A stretch of 64,000 nt of DNA from Octopus sinensis (Eukaryota): assembly GCF_006345805.1 (NCBI RefSeq), contig NC_043007.1, positions 50,468,001 through 50,532,000 of the forward strand, written 5' to 3'. Positions within the stretch are counted from its first letter, which is position 1. Each line of letters starts with the position of its first letter. The translations under genes were made by a program, and so were the position numbers. Shown here piece by piece: positions 13,500 to 27,585 of this stretch. The notes beneath the pieces were generated by a model. The model saw nothing but the letters and a program-made list of their open reading frames with translations, was not told the origin of the DNA and ran no database searches.

Positions 13500-16400
13500 A
13501 CTTATCTTCTCAAGAGGTACGTCTAGGACTTTTTGAAGAAGATTCACTTCTGTCGCTTCAGAAAACTTATTTCTCTTGTTAATAACAATTTCAAAAGAAT
13601 CTTGAGAGCTATTGCTGTTTACGCATTTCTTCGTGTTTTTATCCTTTTTCATTATTATTATCTTTATTATAAATGGTTTGCAAAATGAATCACTAGCTCC
13701 ATTTCTTCAAGAATCGGAATGTCAAAAATGTCATAAAGAAATTCTATTGGCTCTTCATATCTTATTCTTTCTTCCGTAAACCCTTTTTTCAGTTGATTTA
13801 GGTATATCTTGTGTTCTTACGCATGACTTTTTACCAAATACATTATTTTTCCTAGACGTTTACTTATTATACCTTCTTCCCAACTTTCCTTTTCGTTACT
13901 GTATATTTAAAAAAAACTTGTCACCAAGTTTGAAGTATTTCATCTTATTTCGGTGTTTCTCTCCATTTTTCTTTACTTCCCTATAGCAATTTGTCAAACA
14001 CTGAACTGACTTTTCTGGCGAACATTAGTTCAGTCGGCAGCTTACCTGATGTAGTGTTGGGGTTAGGTGTTATTCGATAGACACTTAAGAATTGCGTTTG
14101 TGCAGTATCAGCTAGTAGTTCATTTCTAGATTTTTTCAGTACCCTCTTAAACGTGTCTACGAAACGTTCTGCTAGTCTATTTGATCTCGGATGGTATGGC
14201 GGAGTAGTAATATGCCCCACTGCAAGCACTTTGCAAAAGCTCTTAAATTCCTTTGACATGAACTGCTACAACTATTTTCAATTTTGGATCAAAGTGCGAT
14301 AATGACAATTCCGACGATAAAACTTTTTAAATTTCTTCGAACGCTTTTTGACACCTGTGTGACCAATACCATATTATGCCTTTTTTTCAATTGGTTGTTT
14401 AGGGCTGCTCTTAGCTCATGCATGTTTGGTATGTATATTTAGTATTAGTTTGTGAGCCCTAAGAACGCTTAAAATGTTGTAATATTTTTTGGGGTAGGTA
14501 TATTTGTATTGCCGTCTGTCTTGAAGGATCTGGCCTGCGACCATTTTTATCGATAGCTTACCCAAGATACTTTATTTCTGGCATGAAAAATTCGCATTTT
14601 TACTCGCTAAATTTGAATCCATACTCCTTTATCTTTTCCTTTTAACATGTTCCTCATGCTGGCCTCTAGACTCACTTTTTACGAGTATGTCATCCAAATA
14701 TGCTATAGCGAAATCCGTATCCACAAGCATCGTATCTATCAACTGTTGGAAAATATTAAGTGCCACCTTCATCCCGAAAGGAAGTCGATTTAATTTATAT
14801 AAACCTTTGTGAGTGTTTATCGTTAATAATTTCAAACATTCTTCCTCGACTTGTAATTATAAATACACCTCCGACAAGTCTAATTTTGAGAAAAATTTCC
14901 CCCCATTAAGCTTAGCAAAAGTAGTGGATAATTGTATGTCCTTAAACATTCGTTCAAACCTGTTAAAAAGTCCGCGCACTGGTATTTTGTTATTGTTTTT
15001 TTTTACATAAACAGTTGGTGTTACCCATTCTGAATAATCAGATTTTTCTATAACTCCCAGCTTTTCTAGCCTATCTAATTCCTCACTGACCTGATTCAAT
15101 GCCGCGAAAGGTACAGCTTCGGTTTAAACAGCGGTACGGCGTTTTCTTTTTCTTGAAATTTTACTTTTGTCTTGGTGCTTCTTCCGAAAAAACACCAGGA
15201 AAAATCATTCTCAATTTCTTTTTTAAATCTTCCGAATCCTTATCCGACGCGTTATAACCGTTTACATTATTGCAAAAAATATTTATGGGGATGTTCTATA
15301 AATTCAACAATTCTGTCAAAAAGGTTCATTGTATTTTTTGATACAAAATCTTGAGCCTTCAAACTTTTCCCACGAAATGTTACCTCACTGATTTCGCCCA
15401 AAAATCGTAATTGTTTTCTCGCCATTTTCGCAGATATTTTCAATGTAGGCCTTCCTATTTTTTCCATGTATCCTCATGAATTATTGTGATGGCACTACCT
15501 GTGTCCAGCTGTAGTCTCGTATTCACATCATTTATTTTTATAGAAACAAATTTTCTTTTTGTGCCTCGCATTTTTTCTCGAATTTTTTTCGTTCGACCTT
15601 TTTTGTTTCACCCAATAATATGAATTCTTCTGTACTATTTTCCCATATCCAAAACATTTTAGATTATTAAAAAGACATTTTCTTTTTGAATTGTATTTCT
15701 CCACATCCATAACATGGTTTCGGTCTTGAAGGTTGTTTTTCCTTTTTCGTATCTGTTACCGGTCGGCACGTATGTATATTTGAATAATCTTTTTCAATTT
15801 TTCTGCGTCCTGTCGGAGATTTATAATTCTTTGGCATTCTTCAGCGACTGTTCGTAGAGTTAGTTTTGAATCTAGTTCAAGCTTCGTCAATATTCGAGCC
15901 TTTATCTCTGCATCTTTACTTGCTGTTAATCCTTGTACGAAGATTAAGCATTTAAACATGTCCGGGCTTAATCCGTTGAGTTTAAATTTTTCACATTCTC
16001 TGTTTACGATTTTGGTATATGTGACGAAATTTTCCGTTTCTTCTTTTTTACGAATTCGAACACTCCCAGTGAATATTAAATAGTGAACTTCTTTTACTGA
16101 ATATTTTAAATAATAGCTTAATTGTTTCCTCGAAACAAATTTCGGATGGTTTTCTCGGCAAGTTGTAATTAGAAAACTTTTCATGTTCTGCTGGTGATAA
16201 TTTCCTTAAAAGAAGACGTTCATTCTTTTCGTCCGTCCAGCTTTTACATTCTTCCTTGAAGATTCCTTCATACCTTCTGAAGTACGCAGAAAACTAATCC
16301 CTTCTTCCGGATTATACGCGAATTCTTCAACTGAATTAGCAACCGCGTCTGCCGAAAACAAAACTGAAGTGTTTTCTGACTGCAAAAATAATTCCAGTGA

Positions 16401-16599
16401 CTGTTGATTTTGTTGTTGTTGTTGCTGTTGTACATGTTCTTGCTGTTGCTGCTGTAGTTGTCATTGCAACAGTTGCTTCTACTGCTGCTCTTGTTGTAGT
16501 TGTTGCAACTGAACCACGGAAGCTAATAGGTCTTCCATGCTAATGACGTCCACCGCGAACTTTGAATGTTTCGCCGACACTGTTGTGTCTCGTCGACAC
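13500..16599 (-). mobile_element. Degraded Ty3/gypsy (K02A2.6-like) LTR retrotransposon internal region: gag, RT and integrase pseudogenes
   Basis: Gln-rich gag starts at ATG 16538 (MEDLLASVVQLQQ...EEFAYNPEEG..YFRRYEGIFKEEC). RT: THKGLYKLNRLPFG...AYLDDIL and FSKLDLSEVYL. Integrase: HITTPPYHPRSNRLAERFVDTFKR. Many stops and frameshifts. Confidence 0.92.
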
Positions 16600-16850
16600 T
16601 GTTATGTCCTTCTTTGAACTCACTGTATATGCCACATTATGACGCAGACTTATAACAAGGCTAAAACTATACAAATATAAATCAGAAACAATAGGTAAAA
16701 AGCAATATCTCGTCTCAACGACTTCTATGACTGTCTTCACAAAGCGCCTGCACAAACCAGACTGTCCCACTAACAGTGCGCATGTGCCTTTATACGGTTT
16801 AGAACAGTTGACTTGTTATCCCACAGCGATGTTAGGATTTAACCACAACA
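16600..16850 (-). repeat. 5' LTR of the gypsy element (251 bp)
   Basis: On the minus strand it begins TGTT (16850) and ends AACA (16600), followed at once by the PBS-like GTGTCGACGAG, about 60 bp upstream of the gag ATG. Confidence 0.7.
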
Positions 16851-17180
16851 ATAAGTGACCAAGATTAATCCCCCTAAGAACATATACACAGATATAACAG
16901 AGTACGTATTCCCATCCATCATCCCCATATATGTGTGTATGTATATATACACGCGCGCGCACGCGCACACACACACATATATACATAAATGCTTATGTGT
17001 ATATATATATATATATATATATACGTATGTATATATAGTTTACGTCATAAGAATTTAGAAACTATATTGAATCTGTATCGTGATGATCTTTCCTGCAATC
17101 GCTACACATCTTGTAACCATATCTATATTCACTGTATTTACGAAAGTACCCTGCAGGCAATAATAAAAGAAATTCTTCTT

Positions 17181-18128
<948 letters not shown>

Positions 18129-18196
18129 ATTATTATTATATTATTATTATTATTATTATTATTATTTTATTATTATTATTACTATTATTATTATTA

Positions 18197-18232
<36 letters not shown>

Positions 18233-18792
18233 TGAGTGAAAGAGAGAGTAGTGCATGCCATGAAAGTGACACTGGAGTGAAATATACGAAGCCCAGTATA
18301 TCCATCATGACTAGACGTTTGATAAGGATACACCATGCATATGCATCACAACCATATGTGCGCGACATGGAGATCTTATATCAATATAAACAGCGCATAA
18401 CCTTGCAGGTGGGGCCCAGTTAGAATTTTCTTCAAGTCGAGTAGCCCATCTCGCTCAAATGGTCCCTGAATAAGGGTTGTTTAAAGATGTTGAATGAAAC
18501 CCCCATGTTTCCAGATGAGAATTATCTAAACCCCAAAGAATTCCTCTCAACACATGGGTGTGATGATCCTCCAATACTTTTGCTCGTGATCAGAGATGCA
18601 TATATAATCAGCCACTAAGAGACATGCTCAAATGGTTAAGGTCATACAACTGACAGGCAAATCGGTGGTATTGAGAAGAATATTTGCTGTAGCCCATCTT
18701 TTATACCAAGTCAAAACAATGTACATGATAATACTTCCAATCAGTTAAGATGAGAAGCTACGAGAGCCACTGCCTTTTACAACATCAGGGCT
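18233..18792. mobile_element. ~560-bp (TAA)n-associated repeat, copy 2
   Basis: Colinear with copies 1 and 3, preceded by (ATT)n. Confidence 0.85.
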
Positions 18793-19010
18793 ATTAATTT
18801 TAAGGTGATTGGGCTGACAGAATCGTTAGCATGCCAGGCGAAATGTTTAGCAGTATATTGTCTGTCTTTACGTTCTGGGTTCAACTTCCACCTAGATCAA
18901 CTTTGATTTTTATCCTTTAAGTGCTAGTGAAGCACCGAGGTTGATGCAATCGGATAATCTCCTTCCTACAAATTTCAGGCCTTTAGTAGAAATTATTAAT
19001 ATCATCATCA

Positions 19011-19041
<31 letters not shown>

Positions 19042-19042
<1 letters not shown>

Positions 19043-19598
19043 GAGTGAGAGAGCAGTTCATGCCATCAAAGTGACACTGGGGTAAAATATACGAAGCCCA
19101 ATATACCCATCATGACTACCCGTCTGATAAGGGTACACCAGGCACATGCATCACAACCATATGTGCGCGACATGGTGATCTCATATCAAGGTAAACAGCA
19201 CATGACCTTGCATGTGGGGCCCAGTTAGAATTTCTTCAGTTTGAGTAGCCCATCCCGCTCAAAAGGTCCCCGAATAAGGGTTGTTTAAGGATGTTGAAAG
19301 AACCACCCATGTTTCCAGAGGTGAATTATTTAAACCCCAAAGAATCCCTCTCAACACATGGCTATGATGCTCCCCCACTACTTCTGCTCGTGATCAGAGA
19401 TGCACATATCGTCAGCCACTAAGGGACATGCTCAACTGGTTAAAGTCAAACAACTGACAAGCAAATCTGTGGTATTGAGCAGAATATTTGCTGTAGCCCA
19501 TCTTTTAAACCAAGACAAAACAATGTACATGATAACACTTCCAATCAGTTAAGATCAGAATCCATGAGAGCCACTGCCTGGTACTGCATCAGGGCATT
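19042..19598. mobile_element. ~560-bp (TAA)n-associated repeat, copy 3
   Basis: Complete colinear copy with (ATT)n on both sides. Confidence 0.88.
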
Positions 19599-19730
19599 TA
19601 TTATTATTATTATTATTATTATTATAGACGTCGCACAGTATACAATATCGTGAGATTGTTGATTGAAGATACTGTGCCTGCCGGGGGTTTGTACTGTTTG
19701 TCAAGTCACTATTAGTACTTTCTAAGGTAT

Positions 19731-19956
19731 CGAGCTGGCAGAATCGTTAGGAAGCCGGGTAAAATGCTAAGAGGTTTTTCGTCTGCCGCTACGGTCTGAG
19801 TTCAAATTCCGCCAAGGTCGACTTTGCCTGTCATCCTTTCGACATCGATGAAATAAGTACCAGTTACGCACAGGGGTCGATGTAATCAACTATTCCCTCC
19901 CCGAAAAATTTCAGGATTTGTGCCTACAGTAGAAAGGATTATTATTATTATTATTA

Positions 19957-20053
<97 letters not shown>

Positions 20054-20270
20054 GTCATCATTATTATTTGAGATAGCTAGCTGGTAAAAAATAATGAGCA
20101 CGCAGAATGAAAAGCTTAGCAGCCTTACATATCCCTCTCTACGTTGTGAATTCAAATGCCGCTGAGCTCGACTTTACCTTTCAGAGTCAATAAAATACGT
20201 ACCAGTTGAACACTGGAGTTGATGTAACCGACTTACCCTCAAAACTGCTGGCCTTGTGCCAAAATTAGAA
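19731..20270 (+). mobile_element. Two CORE-SINE copies separated by (ATT)/(CAT) tracts
   Basis: GAGCTGGCAGAATCGTTAG...GAGTTCAAATTCCGCC...AAGTACCAGTT at 19731-19940 and about 20080-20270. Confidence 0.8.
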
Positions 20271-21223
20271 AAAACTAATACCCCAATTTTATTATGTTAA
20301 TCCTCAACTTCCATGAGAAAACTGATAACTTAGAAATGTTGGAACGTTTTACTACAAAAAATTGCAAAATATACATATGTAATGCCAATTTTCCCCTCCG
20401 TTGATTACTAAACTTTTAATTTCACCTGAAGAATTTCTTAGCACCAAGAATATTCCACATCATTCGTATTTAAACCTGTTTCAGCTAATTTTCCCGGTAA
20501 TCTTATATTCATTATTTTTCATCTAGTTATTTATCGAGTTATTTTTGTTGTTTAACCCCCGGTTGGCAGTGACTGAGCAACTTTAAGATCAAAAGCATTC
20601 CATCACTGACCATCTCATCATTTATTTTTCGGTGGACCCTCACTTCCTATTTAGCAGGAGATAAAAAAGATTCTTTCAAGTTGACTGGCTTCAAACTTTC
20701 TGCAAGATTGGAATCAATCCAGCCAAGCATGGAATAGATTCCATATGAGTAGCATTTTCCAAAAGACTTGAAAGTAATCCAAGGCAAATTTTAAAACATT
20801 TTCGTTGGTATATCTTTCACATTTTTTTTATATTTACCCTTGTACAAACCATATCGATACACTCCTCACTGTATGTATGTTTCTCCTCCTCTCACTCTCT
20901 TCACGCGGTTCTACATGGCCCTATGCTGTGACTATGGCTATTTTATAAACTTATATGATCTACCTTACCAACAGTTCACAGCACGAATTCCTATGTACTC
21001 AGAACTGCAATATCACAGGACCTAATGTTTCATCCATACCACTGCTTTAATGTTTTATTTATAGTTTCATTCATTTATTTATTCTAATTTCACATCCTGT
21101 AAATTAATTTCTTTTTGTTTACTTATTTATTTATTTATCTATTTATTTATTTTACACTGCATCGGAGTCAAACTCATCAAAATTGTTGATATCTTCATTT
21201 ATGTCCAAGGTTTCACTTGAAAG

Positions 21224-21328
<105 letters not shown>

Positions 21329-21809
21329 GGGGGGGATGTAAAATAAAAATAAAGCTGCTGGTAGATTTCCAAAAATAGGATTCCGATACGATTCCAATTT
21401 CTCTGTTCCAGTATCTAAACAAAAAAATTCTTACTAAACTCGCTGTGGAAGAATTAATATATTCGATTCATTACTATTGGTAATTCTTCGATGTGTGAAC
21501 AAGAGCCGACAACATGAGATTATTTCAGCGTCTCATTTCCTAATTGAAAGTAGCACCTCCAGTCAAGGTATGGGGGGATCACTTATTTATCTTCTACTTG
21601 CTTGAGTTATTAAACTACGGCCATGCTGGAGCACTACCTTGAAGAAACTTGTTACTTGAATGAATTGATCCCAGTACTTACCTTTTTCGTTAAGCCTGGT
21701 ACTTACTCTATCGCTTCTTTTACCTAACAACTAGGTTACGGAGACGTAAGCAGACCGACACAGGGGGACAAACATAGGCACAAAGATACACACACACACA
21801 TACACACAC

Positions 21810-21869
<60 letters not shown>

Positions 21870-22064
21870 CCATATCACAGTAAACTGTGATATGGCTATT
21901 GTTCACAACAGAACATGTGCAACCCGAGGAAAAGCGTGCCTTTCATTCGAAGGATTTGACAAGGCATGTCAAAATAGTTTATACTGTGGGGCCTGATTAA
22001 TACTGTGGCACACGGTTCATACTGTGGCACCTGGTTCATACTGTGGCACCTGTCAGCCAGCACA

Positions 22065-23148
22065 GCTTTACATATGGAAGAAGCCCAAAGAAGCCTATCA
22101 TCCCGACTGTTAGGCCCGTGACGTTAAGTATAGAAATGGGTCTGTGATGATTTGGGCACCTACCTCTTGGCATTCTCTTAGTCCTAAAATAATATTTCAT
22201 GACGAGGTGAATTCACAGGTGTATTTCCAAATCTTGGGTGACCATGTTCATCCTATGGTGCAGGCATTATTTTCTTATAGACGATAATGCACCAATCCAT
22301 ATTACTAAAGTGGTTCAAAATTAGTTTCAAGTTTATAAAAATGAAGTGGAACACATACATTGTCCCTCACGCGAAATATTTTTCCCACAAAATGTTCCGA
22401 ACCTCAGTAATGAACTCCTTTGCATACAGCCAATCAGAGCCCACCTTGACCTCGTTGTCAAGTTAACAAGCATACTCCACCAAGTAAACTCAAGACGAAG
22501 AACAGTGTTGTTAGTCGACCGATAGCCAAGTTATGGCTGATTTTAGATGGAAACAAGTAAGTAGATAGATTTGCATCTATACCTATTATCGGATTTTGTT
22601 AAGGCCCCATATGGTAAAGAGATGTGGATGAGAAAAATGTGGGTAAAATGGTGATATGCTTGCAACCCTCTCCCCTTACTGTTTTACAAACTAAACAACA
22701 CAAATGATTACGCAGAGGCAGCCATGGTTGAAACAAGAAGAAGATCAAGAAGCATTATTAAAAGAGAAGAGAAGCATGGTCATTCCTCACCCAAGTGACC
22801 CTATCACTTGTTATGTGCTCATAAATTAGTTTGATAGTTTAGCTCTGGCGGTATGCAAACGAGTTCGTGTCCCACACAATCATCTGATCAATATTATTGA
22901 ATATTTATGGTGCACTTAGGAGCTATAAATAAGAAATTGCTACCTTCCTCCAATGCCACTCTAGGAGCTGGAATAGATTTTGATTGCTGAATGGCTCGAA
23001 TTTACTCTAGCAAATGTTCAAAAGCTGTATGAGTCTATTTCTCGAGCTATCGCAGCGGTTATTGCAGCCAAAGCAGGCCCAACTCCGTATTCAATAATAA
23101 ATCTATTATTTAGCATGGTGTTTCCATCATTTTTTCCAAATCCTGTAT
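22065..23148 (+). mobile_element. Tc1-like transposase relic split by a ~500-bp insertion (22371-22867), ending in a 3' TIR
   Basis: YIWKKPKEAYHPDC..VKYRNGSVMIWA...DDNAPIHITKVV, then LINIIEYLW...EWLEFTLANVQKLYESISRAIAAVIAAKAGPTPY*, then TTTTTTCCAAATCCTG-TA. Confidence 0.85.
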
Positions 23149-23334
23149 GTATACTGTGGGGCCTGATTAATACTGTGGCACACGGTTCATACTGTGGCAC
23201 CTGTCAGCCAGCACAGCTTTACATATGGAAGAAGCCCAAAGAAGCCTATCATCCCGACTGTTAGGCCCGTGACGTTAAGTATAGAAATGGGTCTGTGATG
23301 ATTTGGGCACCTACCTCTTGGCATTCTCTTAGTC

Positions 23335-23712
23335 ACTGCTTGGAATCGAACGCGGAATCTTGGGGTTAGTAGCCCTCGAGCTTAACTACTACGCTATATG
23401 CCTGTGGGCATTTAAGGGGTGAATTTTAGGGCTTATAAATCTAATATCTTCCTATCCTTCCTTAATACCGGCTCCCATATGCTATTCATATCTGCACTCG
23501 GTCTGCTTAGGAGGTTGTTGTATCCTAGCATTTGTGCTGCTTACTTTAGTTTTCGTATTTTCCAGTGGTGTTCTCTGTCTATTATTTTAACTTCCTCCCA
23601 CAGGGGGAGGTGGTCTCCATTTTTCTACACATGATCATCCCCTGTGGGATGAAGTTAAAATAATAGGTAGAGAACACCACTGGAAAATACGAAAACTAAA
23701 TGAAGCAGCACA
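23335..23712 (-). mobile_element. Penelope-like GIY-YIG C-terminus with an inverted partial copy and a tRNA-like 3' segment
   Basis: Minus strand: PLWEEVKIIDREHHWKIRKLK*AAQMLGYNNLLSRPS. Plus strand 23639-23712 repeats it inverted. 23340-23405 reads as a tRNA-like A/B-box segment. Confidence 0.7.
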
Positions 23713-23729
23713 TATAATGCCTTCCTTTA

Positions 23730-25045
23730 ACTCTTTGGAAAGTCTTCCTTTTGTGAGGAAGCTCTGAAAGAGAATCTGAAGTGGTCTAGTTAGAGCCCCT
23801 TGGCATTTCTTTAGGAGGATTGCTGGGAATCCGTCAGGGCCTGTTGCTAAGTTTTAGCTGGTCTCATCAGTGGCTGATACCTTTATATTGATGCTGCCAA
23901 TAATTGCCATTGTGTTGTGTAAATCTGTGGAGCAAAAGAATTCATCAGACATAGCTACTTGCAAGTAACCCAGTAGAGTTATGAAAACACTCTTGTATTG
24001 CACATTCCGTATTTCGCTGATCCTCTTAGAGTCTGCAGTCGGTGAGTCATTTCTTCAAGTAGTGGATCTATTTTGTACCGTACTGAAGCAGCTGTGTTTG
24101 CATATATATAGGATGCATTAGGCTTTATCTTAATATTTATAACATCCCTGGCCTCCTTTTCTGCCCTCTCCTTTTCATTTTCGCTCTTGAGCAATGTTCG
24201 TTTGAGGTAGGATTGTTTGTTATCCTTTAGTTTCCCATTTTGGCGATTTGAGATTTTTGCTCGTCGTCTCATTAGAATCCTCCTATATCTGGGTGTTATA
24301 TTTTTCTGCTGGCTTGGCATTCTCTCTAGAGCAAACTTACTGCAATGATTGTAATGAAGTGTTGTAGCGTTAGGTCAATGTCTTCTGTCGAGACCTCTTT
24401 CTCGATACCCTTCCAATCAGATTTCTGAACGTTCAGGCTGCATAGGAGTTGGGTACTTCTAGTAGCTTGCTTGTCTGTAGTCTTCTGCGGACCATACATT
24501 GTTAGTTCTATTACGTTATGATCCGAGAAAATCCTCGATGTCACCCCAACATTACGAATGAGCGCCGTGTTGTTTGTGAAACAGAGGTCCAGGGTATTTT
24601 TCCCATTGTTGGGTGGAGCACTATTTGTTCCATAAAGAGCATGTTAGTGAGGTCAAACAAAGATTCTGCATGACCTGAGACATGCAGTAACGTACCTGAG
24701 AGAATTTGGCCTTCAGGCTATTTGACGTAAGGGAGGTTGAAATCACCTAAAAAAAGTATGTGTAGACTGTTATCCAGGCTGGTTAATACTTCTTTCATTT
24801 CTTGGAGACCCTCTTCAAATGAATTCTATGATTTGGAACATCTGGTGGGCGATACATGGTTATGTTATTAGTTCCATCTGTTTAATGTGTACCACCAGAG
24901 TATCACAGACTAAGTTTGAGTGCGACAGCAGGGCCACAGGTGTGACATCTTCCCGGATATACATTGCCACTCCACCATGGGTCATTCTTTCTTGTCAGTT
25001 CGAAACACAACATACCCTGGTAGGTGTAACTCAGCATCTGATATA
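23730..25045 (-). mobile_element. CR1/L2-group LINE fragment (AP endonuclease and linker)
   Basis: ELHLPGYVVFRTD..., FLGDFNLPYV, KNTLDLCFTNN...RIFSDHNVIELT, with many stops. Confidence 0.8.
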
Positions 25046-25349
25046 TCCACACACACGCGCACATATATATATATATATATAATTATGTGCAAATTACAAA
25101 CCAAAGAATGCCTATGAACCGGGTCCCACTGAGTTAAGCGTATATACCAAGAGATACACGCATAACAGAGCATATATGCACCCAAGGATGTGTAAAATAT
25201 CCACATACTCAAATACTCACTGACATGCGTGCATATATGCCCATGCAAATGTATGCGGAGATAAACGTACGCTATAATTGTGTACCATCACACACAAGTA
25301 CATATAGAGATACGCAAATAGACATATATATGTATGAAACAGAGAGAAT

Positions 25350-25393
<44 letters not shown>

Positions 25394-25779
25394 TGTATAT
25401 ATGTATGTGTATGTGTGTGTATGTATCTATCCATGTATGTATGTATATAAGAAAAAGGCAAAAGGGGAGAAAAGTAATATGATATTCCTACATATAAATA
25501 GGAAAGAAAGGTAAATGGGACAACCAGATAATATTAGAAAGGCAGTAGTTTGATATTCCGAGGCAGCAGTAGTTATAGTCGGGTATATCCTGTTATCCAG
25601 ACTGCTGAATTGCAGAACCATATTTAAGGAAAATTTTGCTAAATTTACGATTGCATCACATAGATCATTACGTTTGTTTATTAAACTTGACCTGCAATCC
25701 AGAATAAGGGGAGCCTCCTTCTAGATCATAACTTGCATGCTCTTCTTCAACCCACAGGCTGAAAGACAATTTAGATAAC

Positions 25780-26200
25780 CGATCAGGTGTGGCTGTGTGG
25801 TAAGAAGCTAAGCGCAGGCGTCAATGTGTGGCAAGAAGCTTGCTTCCCAACCACATGGCTCCGGGTTCAGTCTCACTGCGTAGCACCTTGGGCCAGTGTC
25901 TTCTTTGTGAGTGGATTTAGTAGAAGGAAACTGAAAGAAGCCCGCCGTATATCTATATATATATATATATATATATGTATTATGTTTGTGTGTCTGTATT
26001 TATCCCCTCCACCATCGCTTGACAACCGATGTTGCTGTGTTAACGTCCTCGTAACTTGGCGGTTCGGCATAACAGACGATAGAACAAGTACTAAGCTTAC
26101 AGAGAATAAGTCTTGGGGTCGATTTGTCCGACTAAAGCTGGTGCTCCAGCATGGCCTCATTCAAATGATTGAAACAAGTAAAAGAATGAAAGAATAAAAA
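25780..26200 (+). mobile_element. Near full-length tRNA-headed SINE
   Basis: GTGGCTGTGTGGTAAGAAGCT...CCGGGTTCAGTC...CATCGCTTGACAACCGATGTTG...CCAGCATGGCC...GAAACAAGTAAAAGAAT. Confidence 0.88.
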
Positions 26201-27059
26201 AATTCCTTTACTGTAATAGAGCAACAGAAGAAATGCAGTGTTATTTCCTCCCTTCCTTAAGATATTGGAAGAAATCACACTGACAGTGATACACATTATC
26301 CTGTTCTCAGACTAAGAATTTGTATTCTATATTTTCAAGAGACAACCGTTGTTCAAGTTACAACTTACCTCTATTCCAATAGTTACATAAGCGGTTATAA
26401 TGTGTGGGCTATGAGTTAATACTATCCTGATATTTTTTCGTACTGTTATTGCAGAAAATTAATCATTGTAGAATTTACAATGTTATCCCGGACCTCTGTA
26501 CTATGGGAATAATTATATTCTCATTTTCGGGTTGCTAATACTAGGCTTATTGTTCTGGCTTTTATTGTAAGTATTGAGTTTTCTACTGTTATATACAGCT
26601 ATGTAATATACCAAATGCAGAGTTTTTAAGCAGGGTACCTTAACAGTGCGTGTATTAAAAACCTTTTTATATTATTTACTAAAGTGATTGTTCAAATCTT
26701 GGAAGAATATGGAATAAAATTCCGAGGATATATGTAGTCGGAAAGGTGGGTTATACCACAGTATTTTGCGCTTATCTAATAAGTTGCGCTTACAACCACT
26801 TCGGTGGATTATATCATCTGCAGAATCACGGGTTTCGTGTAAGTTGTGTCTGCATTTAGCCCCATCGTGGTTAAGCATGTTTCTGCCGCCTTTGTGGTTA
26901 CTTACGCCGAAAATACCGTTTTTATTTCTTTTTTAGTGATCTTATTAGTACCGTAACAGCTATTACCTACATTGACGTTGCTGTCGTTATTGCAACTATT
27001 AGGGATATATACGAACGTCTTCGCATATCTAGCCTTATCAACTACAACGTTATAGTAGA

Positions 27060-27430
27060 TAGCATTCTGTGACCTAGAAAAACGACGACGCCGTGGTCAT
27101 CTCATTCTCGCTCACAACATCATAAGCGGAAAGTGTAACCTCTCGAAAGAGCTGTTTTTCACTTCTATTCCAGAGCGTCGGCTGCGGGGTCACTCCGAAA
27201 AGCTGCGATTTCATCTCAATCGGAGAGGGGCTTTCTCCGTCCGGGTTGCGGATTCGTGGAATAAGCTGCCGGACGAGATAGTGAAGATGCCGACGACCGC
27301 TCGGTTCAAAGTCTCTCTTGACCAGAAATGGACTGAACTCTTTGCATGAACACCCTCCCTGTACATAACTCCATGTCCCCCAACATGACCTTGCTTTTTG
27401 CTTTTTGAGCCAAAAAATTAACTTAACTTA
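27060..27430 (+). mobile_element. CR1-clade LINE 3' end
   Basis: LEKRRRRGHLILAHNIISG...RRLRGHSEKL...FSVRVADSWNKLPDEIV...FKVSLDQKW, then a short UTR and an (AACTT)n tail. Confidence 0.8.
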
Positions 27431-27527
27431 TCTCATTCTCTGTGAGTCTGGATATCTTGGGTATCCTCACAAAAGATTTAAGCACAGCGCGCACATATCT
27501 GCATCTATCTATCTACCTATCTAGAGA

Positions 27528-27585
<58 letters not shown>

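Noticed and set aside
19540-19600. HDV-like ribozyme at the end of the (TAA)n-associated repeat
   Set aside because: I could not assemble the nested double pseudoknot (no P1 partner or L3/P1.1 motif nearby).
26684-26838. Candidate internal exon (AAG acceptor, GTAAGT donor, one open frame)
   Set aside because: Weak acceptor, no recognisable peptide and no partner exons; expected by chance in 64 kb.
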